A DNA stretch of 63,130 nt, counting the filler, from Bipalium vagum (taxonomy: Eukaryota), in the NCBI GenBank assembly GCA_037834085.1. It is 3 parts of 3 records of this genome, joined end to end, with 100 filler letters (N's around TTAATTAATTAA, not from the genome) between each part and the next. Parts side by side here need not be neighbours in the genome. Positions count along the whole stretch, not along the records: positions 1 to 29,607 come from JBBMKC010021411.1; 2 more parts are not named here. One strand, 5' to 3'. Positions 12,801 through 25,741 of the stretch are shown one piece after another. The notes beneath the pieces were generated by a model. The model was not told the origin of the DNA. It saw only the letters and a list, made by a program, of their open reading frames with translations, and ran no database searches. The stretch's first letter is position 1. Each line of letters starts with the position of its first letter. A program made the translations under genes and the position numbers.

Positions 12801-15800
12801 AGTCAAAAAATCCTTATAGATATCCTTCCCATTCAATTTCTGATAAAATTGTCATTAAAATCAGTTAACCAAAACGGGTAATCTAACACATTGTATAGCA
12901 AATCAACTATAGAATATACAACTATCGATAATATCTGTATAAGTAGATTAAATCTAAACAGAAAAATAATGACGAATGACTAATTAAATAAAAAGAGATT
13001 ACTTATCGAACAACCCTCATCTTTATTTTTTTCAAGAATACACCAAAGGATAATTTTTTTTTAAAATGAATATTTAAAGTAAAAAAATTTTTTCTGCAGA
13101 GGAAAAATAATATATTACTTATATAATTACAGCTCATTTTACCTAAAGTAGAATATAAGAAAGAGAAAATAAAAATAAATTTAGAACTGACTAATAATAT
13201 CAAACTCAAAATGCTCTTAAGACAAAAGTTATTGAATTATTCTTTTTCAAATTACTTGATATGAAGATGTAATAAAAAATAATTACTCTTAATTCAGAGA
13301 CATTTCTCAGACAATATTTCAAATTATCTAAAAAATCTTATTGACATACATATAATCAATATTTTAAGATTTATATATCAATTATTAATAAATATTGTCA
13401 AATTTATGTTTATATTAAGAAATTAATAATTTTATAAATGAATATTTTTTATTTATTATTTAACAATTAAAATATTTTCATCTTTAAATCGGAACTCTAA
13501 TCTAATTTAACATAGTTACAACAAGAATTAATCAAGTAAAATAATTATGTAGGAAATATGTTGTGATTTTATTCTAATATAGGAAAGGGACTAAATTAAA
13601 CACAATTTTAATTCAATTTCCACTACTTCTTTTATTACTCTCAACAAATGATTTTTATTTTTCTCACTCTTGTAGGTTGCAGACTTTAATATAATATATA
13701 ATATATGTTATTCTCTTTTCTTTCCAAAGCTTTACATATTGATGATTCGTGCAATGAAATTGTAAATTTTGTATGAACCTAGTTCATTATTACTTATTAA
13801 AACGAAATTTTTATGATAACAAATCTTCTTTTTTGTTAATCGGAAAGGAAAATTAATTAATTTTGAAGTCTGATTTTAATTCTATAATTGTTCGAAAGCA
13901 AATTGTTGTCAATTTTTCATTTTACTATACCATTTATTTTTTTAAAAATAAGATATATTTTGTGATCATCTGAAATCTTACTTGTCTCCTCAAATGAAGG
14001 ATTTCGTTAATTTTAAATAACTAATTAGTTATTAATAATAATAATTATTCTTAATAATATTAATTATTATTATTATTATTATTAAAGAAAAATATATATT
14101 GGTTTGGTAATTTAGATTGACACCACAAATCATTGATCAGCAATATATTCCCAGTTCATCCTCCTCCCAATACTATGTTCCCTTGGCAGCAATACCCCTT
14201 TTTGTTACAGAATCATCAACTTATAAAGAAGTAATTTTGAAATAGAATTTTTAAAAAATATATTTTATTATTTTACCAGATTATTGAATCCGTTCAAACA
14301 TCACTCAACGATCGATATTCAGAGTTTCTGAGAAGTGAAGGTCAGCATTTCGAAGGTCAAGTCAATATTATTGCTGATGCTATTGGGTCCATTTTTGTAT
14401 ATGACATTCTGACGAAATATCGACAAAATGTATGTGTAAAATAATAAATAATGTAAATTTAAACTTGATATCAATTTTCAAGGGATACCAAATATCGGAA
14501 TTTTGTGTTGAGTTATAATATTGAAAAAAAAATCAAAAAGTCATACGAGTAATGCATAAAAAATTAATATTTTTTTATTTATACTTTAATTTAAAGAGTT
14601 AAAAGATATTTTATTATCTTCTCTCAAAACTGAATTTATAAATTAAATTAGATATTTATTTGTGAAATTAACATTTTTCTTGAAAACAGAAGATAATCTA
14701 TAAAATTATTTTTTATTTCTAAAATCAGAAATCTAAATAAAAATTCCCAATGAAAAAATCAAATATTTAATATGAAAATACAAATCGAAAAATAGAAAAT
14801 AATTTGATAATTTTTGACAGGAAGTTATGGAATATGTCAAATTTTGTTTTGAAATTCAGTTGTCAAATTAAATTGAAAGTAAGTTGAAAAAACTTTCTTC
14901 GATTTTATACATGAATTACTGCTATGTTCAATGTTGAGAATTTTCCAATAAAATATTTAATTATCAAAATGTATTCTCCTTCAAAATAGTCTACTTCTTC
15001 ACATTTATGCCGCATATTTCTTCAATTGCCGAAGCAAATTTTATATTCTATTTTCGGACCTTTATCGAATTTTTTTTGCATCTATCATACTGACTCAAAA
15101 TCATGACAACAAATTACCGATAGCCGATGGGAAAGGTAGAAGTGACAAGGACCACTATATCAGGTGCTTCAGGAATGATTTTTGTTTGGCCAAAAAATCA
15201 TGGATAATAAGGGTAGTGTGAGATGGTGCATTATTATGGTGTAAAACCAACGAATTCTTTACTCATTTTACGAACTCCTCTTTTTAAATGAAATATTTTT
15301 GGAAATTTTGAACACAGTAGTTGTACATGTGATACCAAACTCGTGTTGGGATTTTGAATTTTTTTTACGTGGGTTAAGACCAATATTAATTAATCAAATC
15401 TTCAAGAACTCTGTTTGATTCGAATATTTAAATTTACCTAGAAATTGAAAAGGATTTTAACAAATAGAAATTGTAAAAATCATTATTGAGCCATGAGTTC
15501 ATCTTTTATTATATGTAAACTCTAAACTTTGTCTAATTTCTTGTTGTCGTTACCATATTTTCCAGTAGAAATCAATATCGAATTAACGACTACTAAAAGC
15601 CACTAAACAAGAAATTTCTTGGCATATTTCTGTCATCTTTTTATAATTCTTTACTTATCTGTGATTTTTATGTTTTACACAAATTACTATCAATGAGTTC
15701 TATCATTTTTGGGTTCTTCGAAATTTTTGGAAACCTCAGAACATCAAAACATTACATTTATGAAAACCTTTTTTTTACTAATTTAAATTGTAAACTGTGA

Positions 15801-18800
15801 TCAATGGATTTTTATTGTCTTCAAATTTATGTTATACATGTATTGAATTGTCTTCACATTGTCTTCTTTTAGAATTCACGACCATCAGTGACATCTAGTT
15901 TGTTGAACCAAAGAGAGGTATCTAATGAATCTAAGACAAACAATCTTGAATTTTTTCAAGAAACTGACCCTCTTTCTTTAAATTTTGATGCATATACATC
16001 CATAGGTCCAACATCGTCATCGTCATCATCATCTTCAAGATTCAAATTGGATTTTAAAGTCAGTTTGTCTGTAAATAATGTCACCAGTTTTCTTACCATG
16101 AAATTTGTTTCAAGGTACACCAGTTTTTTATGCTTGGTTCACCAGTTGGTCTCGTTCAATTGTTTCGTAATGTGACTGGTGGTAGTAGTAAAGTAGATCG
16201 ATGGAAGGGATTAACTAAAGAATCTACAAATGTAGAAACAATTAGAAATATATGTAACCTTTTTAGTTTTCCGAAACGGATATTTCATTTTACCTCGTTT
16301 AAGCAATAAATGAATCTGTTGATGAAATCAGTTATCCGCCACAATGCAGACAAATATATAATCTTTTCCACCTCAATGACCCGTCTTCCTATAGAATTGA
16401 ACCACTGATAAACGATACATTTCATGCAGTTCCACCAATGAAAATTTCTAACTACAATCGATTTCCTCATGGAAATGATGATTCCGTTTATTTGATCGAA
16501 ACATTATTCAACAATCCAGGCGTTATTGGAAACTCATTTGGCTCTGATGCCAAAGAATCAATGAATAGCGAACATGATTCCAAGTTGAGCACATTCTTAA
16601 AATGCCCTGAAGTCAAGCAAGGTGAGAAAATGTTGATGTTAACTAACCGAGAAAAATAAGAGAAATAAGGATACAGAAATATTAAAATATAAGATTCATT
16701 GAAAGGATAAAGAGGCCTTACATTTATCAGAACATATATTTATTTTTTGAAGTTTGATTAAAAGGCATAATAATATAAAAGATTAAATCTTATTTTTATT
16801 GAACTTGGATCACATTCAACATCGATTACTTGGTTTTGATTTTTATTACTTAAAATAATATTTTTTGTTATCACAAAAAAGTATCTGAAATAAAAGATAA
16901 TAAATAAATAACTATAATAATAAATAATAATAAAGACTGTTGTTATTTATTTTAAACGTTTTTCAAAAATATTCAGTAAAATATTGTAATATTAGGCTAA
17001 GGATATATCACTTTTTTATTTCACATATTAAAAGTCGATAAATCACCACGAAAAATTTTATTAATTACAATAATCAGCATTAGTATCAACAACAATGTTT
17101 AAGTCCTAAAAATTTATTAATATACCGTCTTTAAAAAAGTTCGGATCATGAAATTTGAGTAAAAAGAAATTTTGTTAAACATTATCTTGCTTTTTGAAAT
17201 TCTTATTTCGTAGGAAATTGTCAAGTGATAAGAACAGAAATTAATCTGTTGGAGATATGTCTGGGAAATAAGGTAGTTGATGTAAAGTTTCGTAACTCAA
17301 TTTTAGTAAGACAGTCATGTTTCGTCAAAAGTAACTTGGGAAAGATGGTTTTAGAACTTCAGAAGAATTGCTTTTGTTAAAGAACGATAAAGAGTATCCT
17401 TGAAGACAAAATGTTGGAATCATTGATGGCTCAAAATCTGTGTCAAAGTTAAAAGGATCTTGTGAATACAAGAAATGATTATTGAACATTTTTAAGCCGA
17501 TGTTTAGAAGAAATGAAGTGATATAGGAACTGCGAATTCAAGCTGAGACACTTAGAAAGACTCAACTTTATAAGTGTAATTTTGCTTGTTCATCATGAAA
17601 GGAATAGTCTTCTGTATAAAATTGTTATGGGAAACGAAAAATGGATTCATTTCGATAACTTATATGTCGGAAAAGAATCTACATTTATTACCAGCTTCTA
17701 AAAATAACATTAAAGAAGAAGATCAGTTGCAAGAAGATTTTTAATCATGCATAATGGTGTAATTCATCATGGTGTGTTAAAATCTGGTCAAGTACTCACG
17801 TAGTCCTTGTGTCGTCTCAGCCATGTATATTGTGTCAGAAACAATCAGGATATGAGACAAGGTAAAGTAAAATCATTTTGATACATGTTAACGCTTCTGA
17901 TAGATTTCGTTACTGACTGATAAAATTTGATCTATATCAATTTCACCAAAGAGTATTCTCTTAGAAAATTAAAATAAATATTCATTTTTTTGTCTTTGCA
18001 AAAAGAGAGGTACCATAAAAATCTATTGGACAGAAACTAACAAAATTATTGCTGTTAGTACGTATGTTAGTTGAAAATTAATTGGAGATTAAATAAATTA
18101 GAGGTTAACCTTTCACATGCGCATGGAATGTTCTGACCACTAAGCTACATTCCCAAACTAACTTTTAACTTATCTTACAACGTTAAAAAATGAAAGCATG
18201 AACCTTCGTTTTTAAACGAAAAGTTTGCTAATTTAAATTTTATATAAAATTTCGGAATATTAAGGAGAATGTGTTGAATAGATCAATAATCAAAGGGTTT
18301 TTTCTGGTTACAATGAAAATACAGTGGATATTATTAATATCTTCAGATACTTTTGACTTTCTATTCTTTCGTAGTCCGATTCAGCACTGGTCCTGTTTCA
18401 AAAAATTGATTATATCAATTGTTAATAAACTGAAGTGCTGACTGTCCTTTACCGCACTTCACGTTATAATTCGCTTGTATTTGAATAGTCTAAAGTTTGG
18501 CTCTAAAGTAAACACCTCATGAATTTTCAATAAAAAGAATTTCTGAATATCTTTTTTTGAAAAAGTTAAAAAGTGGAAATTAATCGATTTAATTTAATTT
18601 ATTTTCAAATTAATTGTCATCAAATAAAAAAGGATAAATTTTTGAATGTGATTGTTATTGTAATGTAGTCATGAGTTCTTGGTGGGGTGAAAAGCGAATT
18701 GATTATGCTTTACACTGTCCAGACGGAATTCAAGCATTTCCTTTGGGCGCTTTACCACATGTATTACACGCAAGCTATTGGGAGTCTAAAGATTGTGCTG

Positions 18801-21800
18801 CTTTCATTATCAGACAGGTATGTCGTTTGATTTAGTATTAGAAGTTTTGGTTTATATTGACTAATAACGGTTTTTTATTTTCTTAAATTATCGAAACTTT
18901 AAAATGTAAAATTACAATATTTTTAAAATCCTGTAAAATTGTTGTGATTCATTGACATTTTATGTACATGGATGAATTAATAACACTTATCTGATTGAAA
19001 CTGGTGAGGTTTTCTTTCAACAGAGTGAATAGTGAAACAGTTTCATTAATAATTTATCACGAATTTTTTATTTTTCATTAATTTTTGTCAGTATTATTTA
19101 TATAAATCATTGTATAAAACTTTAGTGCACTCGCAAGTTATTTTCATTTTTATAAGTGAAAGAAAATGATTAGAAGTAATATCAAAAAGTTAATTTTTGA
19201 TATGACCCTCTACCGAATCAGCTCAGAATATCTATTAATTCATTATGTTAAAGAAATTATTATTTTTTCATAAATCCAATTTATCAATTTTTTGAGATAT
19301 TGTAACAATCTATGGACATTTTAATTTTAAAAATGTGGAGTTATTTGATTATCTTTAGAAAAATTTAAAAATCTATCTTGATATTTCCATTTACTCATAG
19401 GGTGGAATATGGAAAATTGATTTTTTCATTTTTAAAGATGCTACACTTAAGAAGGAAATATTGACACTATTTAAACATTTAAAGTTGTGGAGACTCCAGA
19501 AAAAGAAGATAAAAAACTTTTAAAATTGTGATTTGACTTTTAATGAAAACATTTTGTGTTTAATAAAAACCCTTTGTATATTAATTATTATTGTGATTTT
19601 AATGTTTATTTTATTTTTTCTGTGTTATTGTCACAAGATTTGATTTGTTCTAGTTAATTGATGTCACAATGTACCAATTTCAAAACTTTGGCACTGATTT
19701 GACGCCAGATACGGATTCTGTTCAAGCGAACAACATTTCAGATTCTCCGATAAATGATAAAACTATAAAATTGAAATCTAGACCTTCTGTGAAATTTAAG
19801 GTATTATTTTGTTATATTACTTTTTTCTCTTCATTTGTCTTTGTTTTTATCAGAATAAATATTTTAATAAAATGCCTTCATAATATTCACAACAATGACT
19901 ATCTTTAAACATCAATAAGATTGTTAAATGAACTTCGAAAAAGTAATATTTCTGTTGAATGAAATCATTGAATTTGATGTTAAGAAGTGCCATTATATCT
20001 TTATAGAGAAATAATTCGATTTATTCACTGTATTCAAACTTGAAATAATCATGCTTTTATTTTTGTGCTTAAATCGATGAATAATTAAAATCTTATCTCA
20101 TTATTTCAGAATATTTTTTAATATTTTTTATGGTTAAAAACTAGTTTTGGTCGTTTTTTGTTTTTAATTGTAATTAAAAAATTATTATTATAAAGGTTAT
20201 CAAATGGTGACGCCTGTATGCTAAGCATATATAATAAATAGGTGCAAATAATTTTAATTTAACATAAGTTATTTAAATATTTATTATTATAATTGTACCA
20301 ATGAGTTCATACACCATACAACTAAGAATTTTCATCATACAAATCTATTTTGAAAATGGACGTTCTGTTAAGAACACTTTGATAAATTCTTCATAAAATT
20401 GGCGTGTATCGTCGTCCATATCAATCTAAAAACCGTAGACTAATAAAGAAATTTGAGAAAACAGGTTGTGTAATTAATACTCAGAAAATAATAGTAAATG
20501 GGATACCCTCAACAGAAAACATTTCTTTTGTAAACAAAAGGGTATCAAATTCTCCGATAACATCAATTGCACGCTATTATGTTGAACTTTAAATATCATA
20601 TCCCTGTGAATGGAGAATTTTGAGAAATTTTTTGCATTTATATTCCTAAAAATGAGATCACTTATGTCTTAACTTCTGCAATTGTATTATGGGACAACAA
20701 ATAAAAGATCTTTTTTTCGACAAATGAAGCTCATTTCACCATGAATAGTTTCGTTAATAAACAAAATTGTCGCAAATGGGTTGATGTAAATCCTTATGTT
20801 ATTCAACAAAAATCTGTATATCCGCTGAAAGTCAGTGTTTGGAGTGGTTTTTAGGAAAGAGGAATCATTGGATCACATTTCTTTGAGGATGAAACTAGAA
20901 ATGCAATTACCGATAATGGGAAACACTATAATTCACTTTTGATATTAAGACTAATATATTTTGATTTATGGCCAGCATTAAATGATATAGATGTGAATAA
21001 TGTGCATTTCTAGCAAGACGGTGCAACTTGTCACAAAACTCGAGAGAACATTAAACTTTTAAAATCAAAATTTTGAGATTGTGTAATTTTACGAAATGCA
21101 GACATCAATTGGTCTCCGAGATCTTGTGACTAAACTCCCTTTGATTTCTTTTTGTGGAGTTTTCTGAAAAGTAAGGGTTACACAAACAGTCCAGAAACAA
21201 TAAATGAGCTAAAAGACAATATTCATAAAACAGTTCATAAAGTAACTCCAGAAACATGTCAAAATGTGATTAAAACTTTTTATTCTCAAATTGAAGTCTG
21301 CAGGCAAAGTCGTGGTGGACATTTGAATGATATTTTCTTTCATATTTAATTGTATTTGTTCATATTTCTTATAAAAATATTTTATTTATTTATTTAATTA
21401 AATTTTTTATTTTATTCCGACGAAACACAGAGGCGACACTACTGGATTAATTTTATATTAATATATATACAGGGTGTGATAAAAGTTCAGAAACTATTTT
21501 ATAAACCTGGATTTTTACATTAAAAATAAATTTTAAATTTAAATTGATTTATATATTGAATGCATTGTTTAAATGGTATACTAATTTCGAATTCACATGT
21601 TTTATTTTAGATGTCAGATAATAAGAAAAGCGTTCGTTCTTGTATAATTAATTTACATCGAAAAAAATCGAGATAATTCGTTTGGTGAATAATGGGAAAT
21701 CGATAGTTTCGATAGCAATTAGCCGAATTTAGGGGATATCAGTGACCGTCCACTAATTGGAAGGCCATTTACTGCTAATACCCTTTCACATTTGGAAATT

Positions 21801-24262
21801 CCTTCGTGATCGTATTAGGCGCAATCATCGGCGGTCAATGAGAAAAATGTCTAAAGTAATTCGAATATTCGAGTTCATGGTCTGCAATGTTGTTAAAAAT
21901 AAACTATAACTTAAGTCCTTATAGCTCAAAAAAGTCAACATCTGGGTGAAAAAAATGCAGAACAAGAATGCAAGAACAAGGTGCCAGGTAATGAATATTA
22001 CAACATAGTCGGCGATTGTGAGATTGATAATGAATTTAAAACAACGAGAAAATCTAAGTTATATTCTAAATATTTGTTATGGCAAATTTCAGAACCTTAT
22101 ATCACGTCTGGAACGATTAACAAGCAAGTTTATCTCGAAGAATGTGTCAAGAAGCATTTAGTTCCATTTATAAACAAATTGAAACAAGATCACGACTTAA
22201 TCTTCTGGCCAGATATTGCTACCTGGCATTATGCTAAAATTGTGTGCAATTATCTTGAACATAAAATTGATTTTATAACCAAAGAGAGAAATGCACCAGC
22301 TGTACCTAACCAAAGACCAATAGAACGTTTCTGGGCATTGTGCAAGAGAAGGTACAAAGAATTGAACAAGAAATATGACACAATTTCAAATTCAATGAAA
22401 AAAGCTTTTTGGTAATATAATAGAAATGTACTAGTAATAAAAAAGTAATAGAAATATATGATGCAGATATAACGCGATTGGATTATTTAAATTTCTATGG
22501 GAGCATATTTAATATTATTTTTGAGATTGTTAAAAGAAGTAGTATAAATATTTTCCATCATTTTTATCTTATCAATACATGTTCTAATTTTAATTTTTAA
22601 TATATTCTTATTATTAAAACAATTTTTATTTCAAGACAATGTGTGTTCCTTATAGAATAGTAAGTTTTATTGTTGCACCGTAACGTGTTGTTATTGTTTT
22701 AGTATTATATTAGTCTTTTGCATTTGCAATTTTGGCATGATTTTCCATTTTAACTGCTTTTTTATTGTTATATTGTGAATTAATTTCCATTATAGATGGA
22801 TTTTGACTTGCCTTTATAATAATGTACACTAACACAAATGCAGCCTTTCAGCTCATTCTTTAATTATGGTGTTAACTCTCCTACTGTAATTTCTTAATTT
22901 GCTTTAAAATTTTGTTGTACTTAATTTTAAATTTTCATCTCCAATTTGGAATACATTTTTAAATTAAAGATAAAATTTTTCTTTGTTTTTTAAAAAATTA
23001 ATTCAAGTCTATTAAATATGAAACCCGTATAAAAATTATAATTTAATTAAAGATACGCAAAATAATATTTAATTATTATGTAATTAATAATTATATATTA
23101 TTTTTAATAATAATAAAAAAAAATAATTTAAATAAATTTTGAAAAACATTACCATAAAGAAATTGGTATTTTCGCTGATACAGAGATAGAAAAAGGCATT
23201 TAAGAGAAAATGGAATTTTATTATTATAATATTTATGGATTTCACAGACTTCTCAAAAGGTTATGATAGCAATAACACCGTTCTTGGAAAACTAAAAAAT
23301 TTTTGAAATTTAACTTCTCAAATTATTTTTGAATCCATAACTGAAAAGAAGCAAAATTTTTTGATGTTTGATGTCAAAAAATAAAATCTTTTAAGAAGTT
23401 TGGAAATTTATCCAGGAAGAGAAAATCGTGAGTCTGAAAGTTTAGATAAGAGAAAAATCATGAAAGATATGACAATGATAATAAAATGAATTTATTGATT
23501 CTCTTCCCTAACTTAAACAAGTATTTTGAAAACTTAGTTAATTTTACTTTAACAATAAATTTTAACAAAAAATCGAATTAAGTAAAGGCATCAAAAGATC
23601 AAATAAATTTAAAACTTTTCTCTTTATTAACTATTTTCCCCAAAAGTTCAGGTTTTAAATCAATGTTTATTGTCAAACAAAAAAAATCAATATCTTCAAT
23701 TTTATTTAATTTTTTTATGTATTGATTTATATTTGTTCACAATTTGATGAAAATTTTCACATAATACTTATGCTTATTATTTTTTTAAAGGATTATTAAT
23801 TTATGTAAATTTTATATATTTAATAAATGTTATTATTATACATGTATAATGTATATAATAATTTGTTTTTATGTAATGGCTTTTTGAATGTAAAAGTTCC
23901 CACGTTTAGGAATATTTCCTTATAATAAGTACAAAACTTAAAATTTATGATCAGTTTATTTTATTCGCATTTTAAAAATTAAGAAAAAAGTATGTCTTGA
24001 AAAATATTTCCTACGTTTACTAGTTAATTAAATATTGAAGAAAAAATCCGGTTTCAAAGATTCTGATCTCAATTCCAATATATGTATAAATATTATCAAT
24101 CTCACCAATTGATTTTCGATTTAAAATGTGAAACTCTGATTTCAGAATATGACAGCCAACCACAGAGCTAATGATGTTATTGTTCTCTCTGGTCAACCAC
24201 AAATCTTGACTGCTCGATTTATGTACGGAACATTTGATATGCTTACACCTAAAAATGAGAAG
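3801..24262 (+). CDS. rdgB: rdgB/PITPNM (Nir family) membrane-associated phosphatidylinositol transfer protein-like gene, 3'-incomplete
   Basis: Hand-spliced GT-AG exons with consistent phases: 3801-3864 ([17 protein letters not shown]), 7326-7412, 8238-8285 (VLILVVHG), 10295-10469 ([14 protein letters not shown]), 14116-14230 (VPLAAIPLF), 14280-14429 ([13 protein letters not shown]), 15873-16058 (..LDFK), 16115-16253 ([14 protein letters not shown]), 16304-16621 ([21 protein letters not shown]), 18669-18817 ([21 protein letters not shown]), 19654-19800, 24146-24262 ([20 protein letters not shown]). These are colinear with Nir/rdgB DDHD-region motifs. No LNS2 exons were found downstream. Confidence 0.92.
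4544..4975 (-). mobile_element. Mariner transposase remnant (3' half)
   Basis: ORF 4885-4544 has [20 protein letters not shown] and LPNRWKQII; WDCKGII lies upstream. Degenerate, inside rdgB intron 1. Confidence 0.85.
5140..5665 (+). mobile_element. Mariner remnant (cecropia/Hsmar1-like), 3' half with TIR
   Basis: [55 protein letters not shown]. Terminus ...GGGACAACCTAA-TA. Confidence 0.88.
10893..11003. repeat. (AAT)n / (AAT/AGT)n microsatellite
   Basis: Directly visible tandem ATA repeats; they create the spurious poly-Y/L ORF 10760-11023. Confidence 0.85.
11814..13019 (-). mobile_element. Degenerate near full-length mariner element (irritans-like TIR)
   Basis: TIRs TGAGGCTTGTTCGAAAAGTAAT and (reverse complement) TGAGGGTTGTTCGATAAGTAAT. 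The minus strand encodes broken transposase motifs ([23 protein letters not shown]). Confidence 0.8.
14960..15720 (-). mobile_element. Highly decayed mariner remnant
   Basis: Minus-strand fragments resemble [14 protein letters not shown] and a C-terminal DYFEGE motif, with many frameshifts. Confidence 0.55.
17130..17920 (+). mobile_element. Decayed mariner remnant (mauritiana-like)
   Basis: [17 protein letters not shown] (IVTGDEKW motif), [12 protein letters not shown] and KIILIHVNA, interrupted by stops and frameshifts. Confidence 0.7.
18108..18155 (-). pseudogene. tRNA-Ala-derived repeat copy 2 (3'-truncated)
   Basis: Reverse complement reads GGGAATGTAGCTTAGTGGTCAGAACATTCCATGCGCATGTGAAAGGT. 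It matches copy 1, including about 25 nt of upstream flank. Confidence 0.7.
20193..21453 (+). mobile_element. rosa/DD41D Tc1-mariner element, degenerate full-length
   Basis: [19 protein letters not shown]; QDGATCH...WSPRSCD*TPFD with 41 residues between the last two D; [15 protein letters not shown]; imperfect TIRs. Confidence 0.85.
21470..22415 (+). mobile_element. Tc1/mariner remnant with DD37E (ITmD37E)-like catalytic end
   Basis: TA-CAGGGTG terminus. ORF 21981-22415 has [12 protein letters not shown]...[10 protein letters not shown], with 36 residues between D and E. Confidence 0.78.
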
Positions 24263-24344
24263 GTCTATTAAATTATTATTATAATTTATAATAAATACTA
24301 ATATTCAATATTTAAATTGAATATTTGTTTCATTGATTTAAGTT

Positions 24345-25131
24345 ATGATTAAAAATTCTGAAACTTTATTTAAAACTTCAAACGGCTGGCTGGAAAATTT
24401 TAAGAAGCCCCATAATATGGAGTTTTAATCATGTAGTTTTGAAAGTTTTGAAAGACAGCATTAAAACTATGACGATCTCATGCTAGACTTTCGATTAAAG
24501 ATAGCGTCATACGAACCGAAAGATATTTTTATTTTATCGTTTATTAATAATTGTGATGAGACAGCTCTTTTCTACAAGCACTCCTCCTGGAAGTATTTAT
24601 TCTAAAAATAAAAATGAGAATATAAAGTTAGATAAAGTGTTTGATTTGGACTTGACCATTGAGGAACTGTTTTGTACATACTATAGTTACTTTAAAAAAA
24701 ATTCAATCTGAAATAGTGCTTCAAAAATCTAAAAGCTGATTCAGAAAATGTTGACAATGTAAAAAAAAATTATCTTGTCATGTGAAAATAATTTATTTTG
24801 AAAAACTAAAGTCATTTTTGAAGGCCTTCCTGAAGTTTCAGAGGAAGGCATTGAATCCTTGAAAATAATACAAAACATACTAAATTCCCATAATGCCGAA
24901 ACAATACTTTAGACTTTTGGCTTAGTATTTTTAATAAACAAATCTTATATTTTTATATGACCTTTTGATTTTAAATTTAAGAATTACTTTGCAAAAATAG
25001 ACCGTTTTATAAATTATGCATGTATATGTTACTCAATAATTATGACTATGGGACCTCTAATTTTTACCTATTCTTTATTTATTGCCAGTTTTTACTTAAT
25101 TCCATTTGTGGCAAAATTTAGAGGGATTCTG
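24345..25131 (+). mobile_element. pogo/Tigger-type transposon remnant
   Basis: FKTSNGWLENFKK (CENP-B HTH end) and YEPKDIF..NCDETALFYK. It ends at ...AGAGGGATTCTG-TA. Confidence 0.75.
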
Positions 25132-25137
25132 TATGTA

Positions 25138-25364
25138 TTGGGTTGGCAACTAAGTTCGTGCGCTTTTTAAGAAGAAATGAAAACCATAAATTTTTATTAA
25201 TAAAAACAGTTTTAATCAATGATATGTTCACCATTATTAAGAATGACCTTCTGCCATCTTTCCACTAAATTCAACAATAACAACAATTGAAATAAGATAT
25301 TTTTAATATATTAGTTTGAAAAATTTTTATATTAAAAAGCGCACGAACTTAGTTGCCAACCCAA
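25138..25364 (-). mobile_element. 227-bp mariner-derived MITE with perfect 33-bp TIRs
   Basis: TA + TTGGGTTGGCAACTAAGTTCGTGCGCTTTTTAA ... exact reverse complement + TA. The interior (minus strand) keeps the transposase C-terminus LVERWQKVILNNGEHIID*. Confidence 0.95.
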
Positions 25365-25741
25365 TATTTGATATTTTTTATAGATAAATTTTTAAATTAC
25401 AAAAATATTTTTAAAAATAGATATCCCATGATCATTATTAGGAATACTAATAATCAATAACTATAAAACTATTAATAACAATTAATAAATAAAAAATTAA
25501 TATCAAAGGTAATAATAATAATAATACTATAATATATTAACAATAATCATAAAGATTAATAATGAAAAATAAATAAAATTTAACAAGATTAATTTTATTG
25601 AGTTTTTAGAGTTACAAATTTACTGATTTTATGTTTAGTTATAATCTGTAAAGTAATAGATTTCGAATACATTGATTAATTGCTTCTCTCCCAATAATCA
25701 CAAAAAAATTTTTTTAAAAATAATAAATTAAATTCAGGCAC

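Noticed and set aside
15943-15969. LEFFQETD as a third FFAT motif
   Set aside because: Glu at core position 5, where a small residue is required.
23230-23305. [12 protein letters not shown] as a LINE reverse-transcriptase fragment
   Set aside because: A single short motif with no other RT motifs recognisable; too weak to call.
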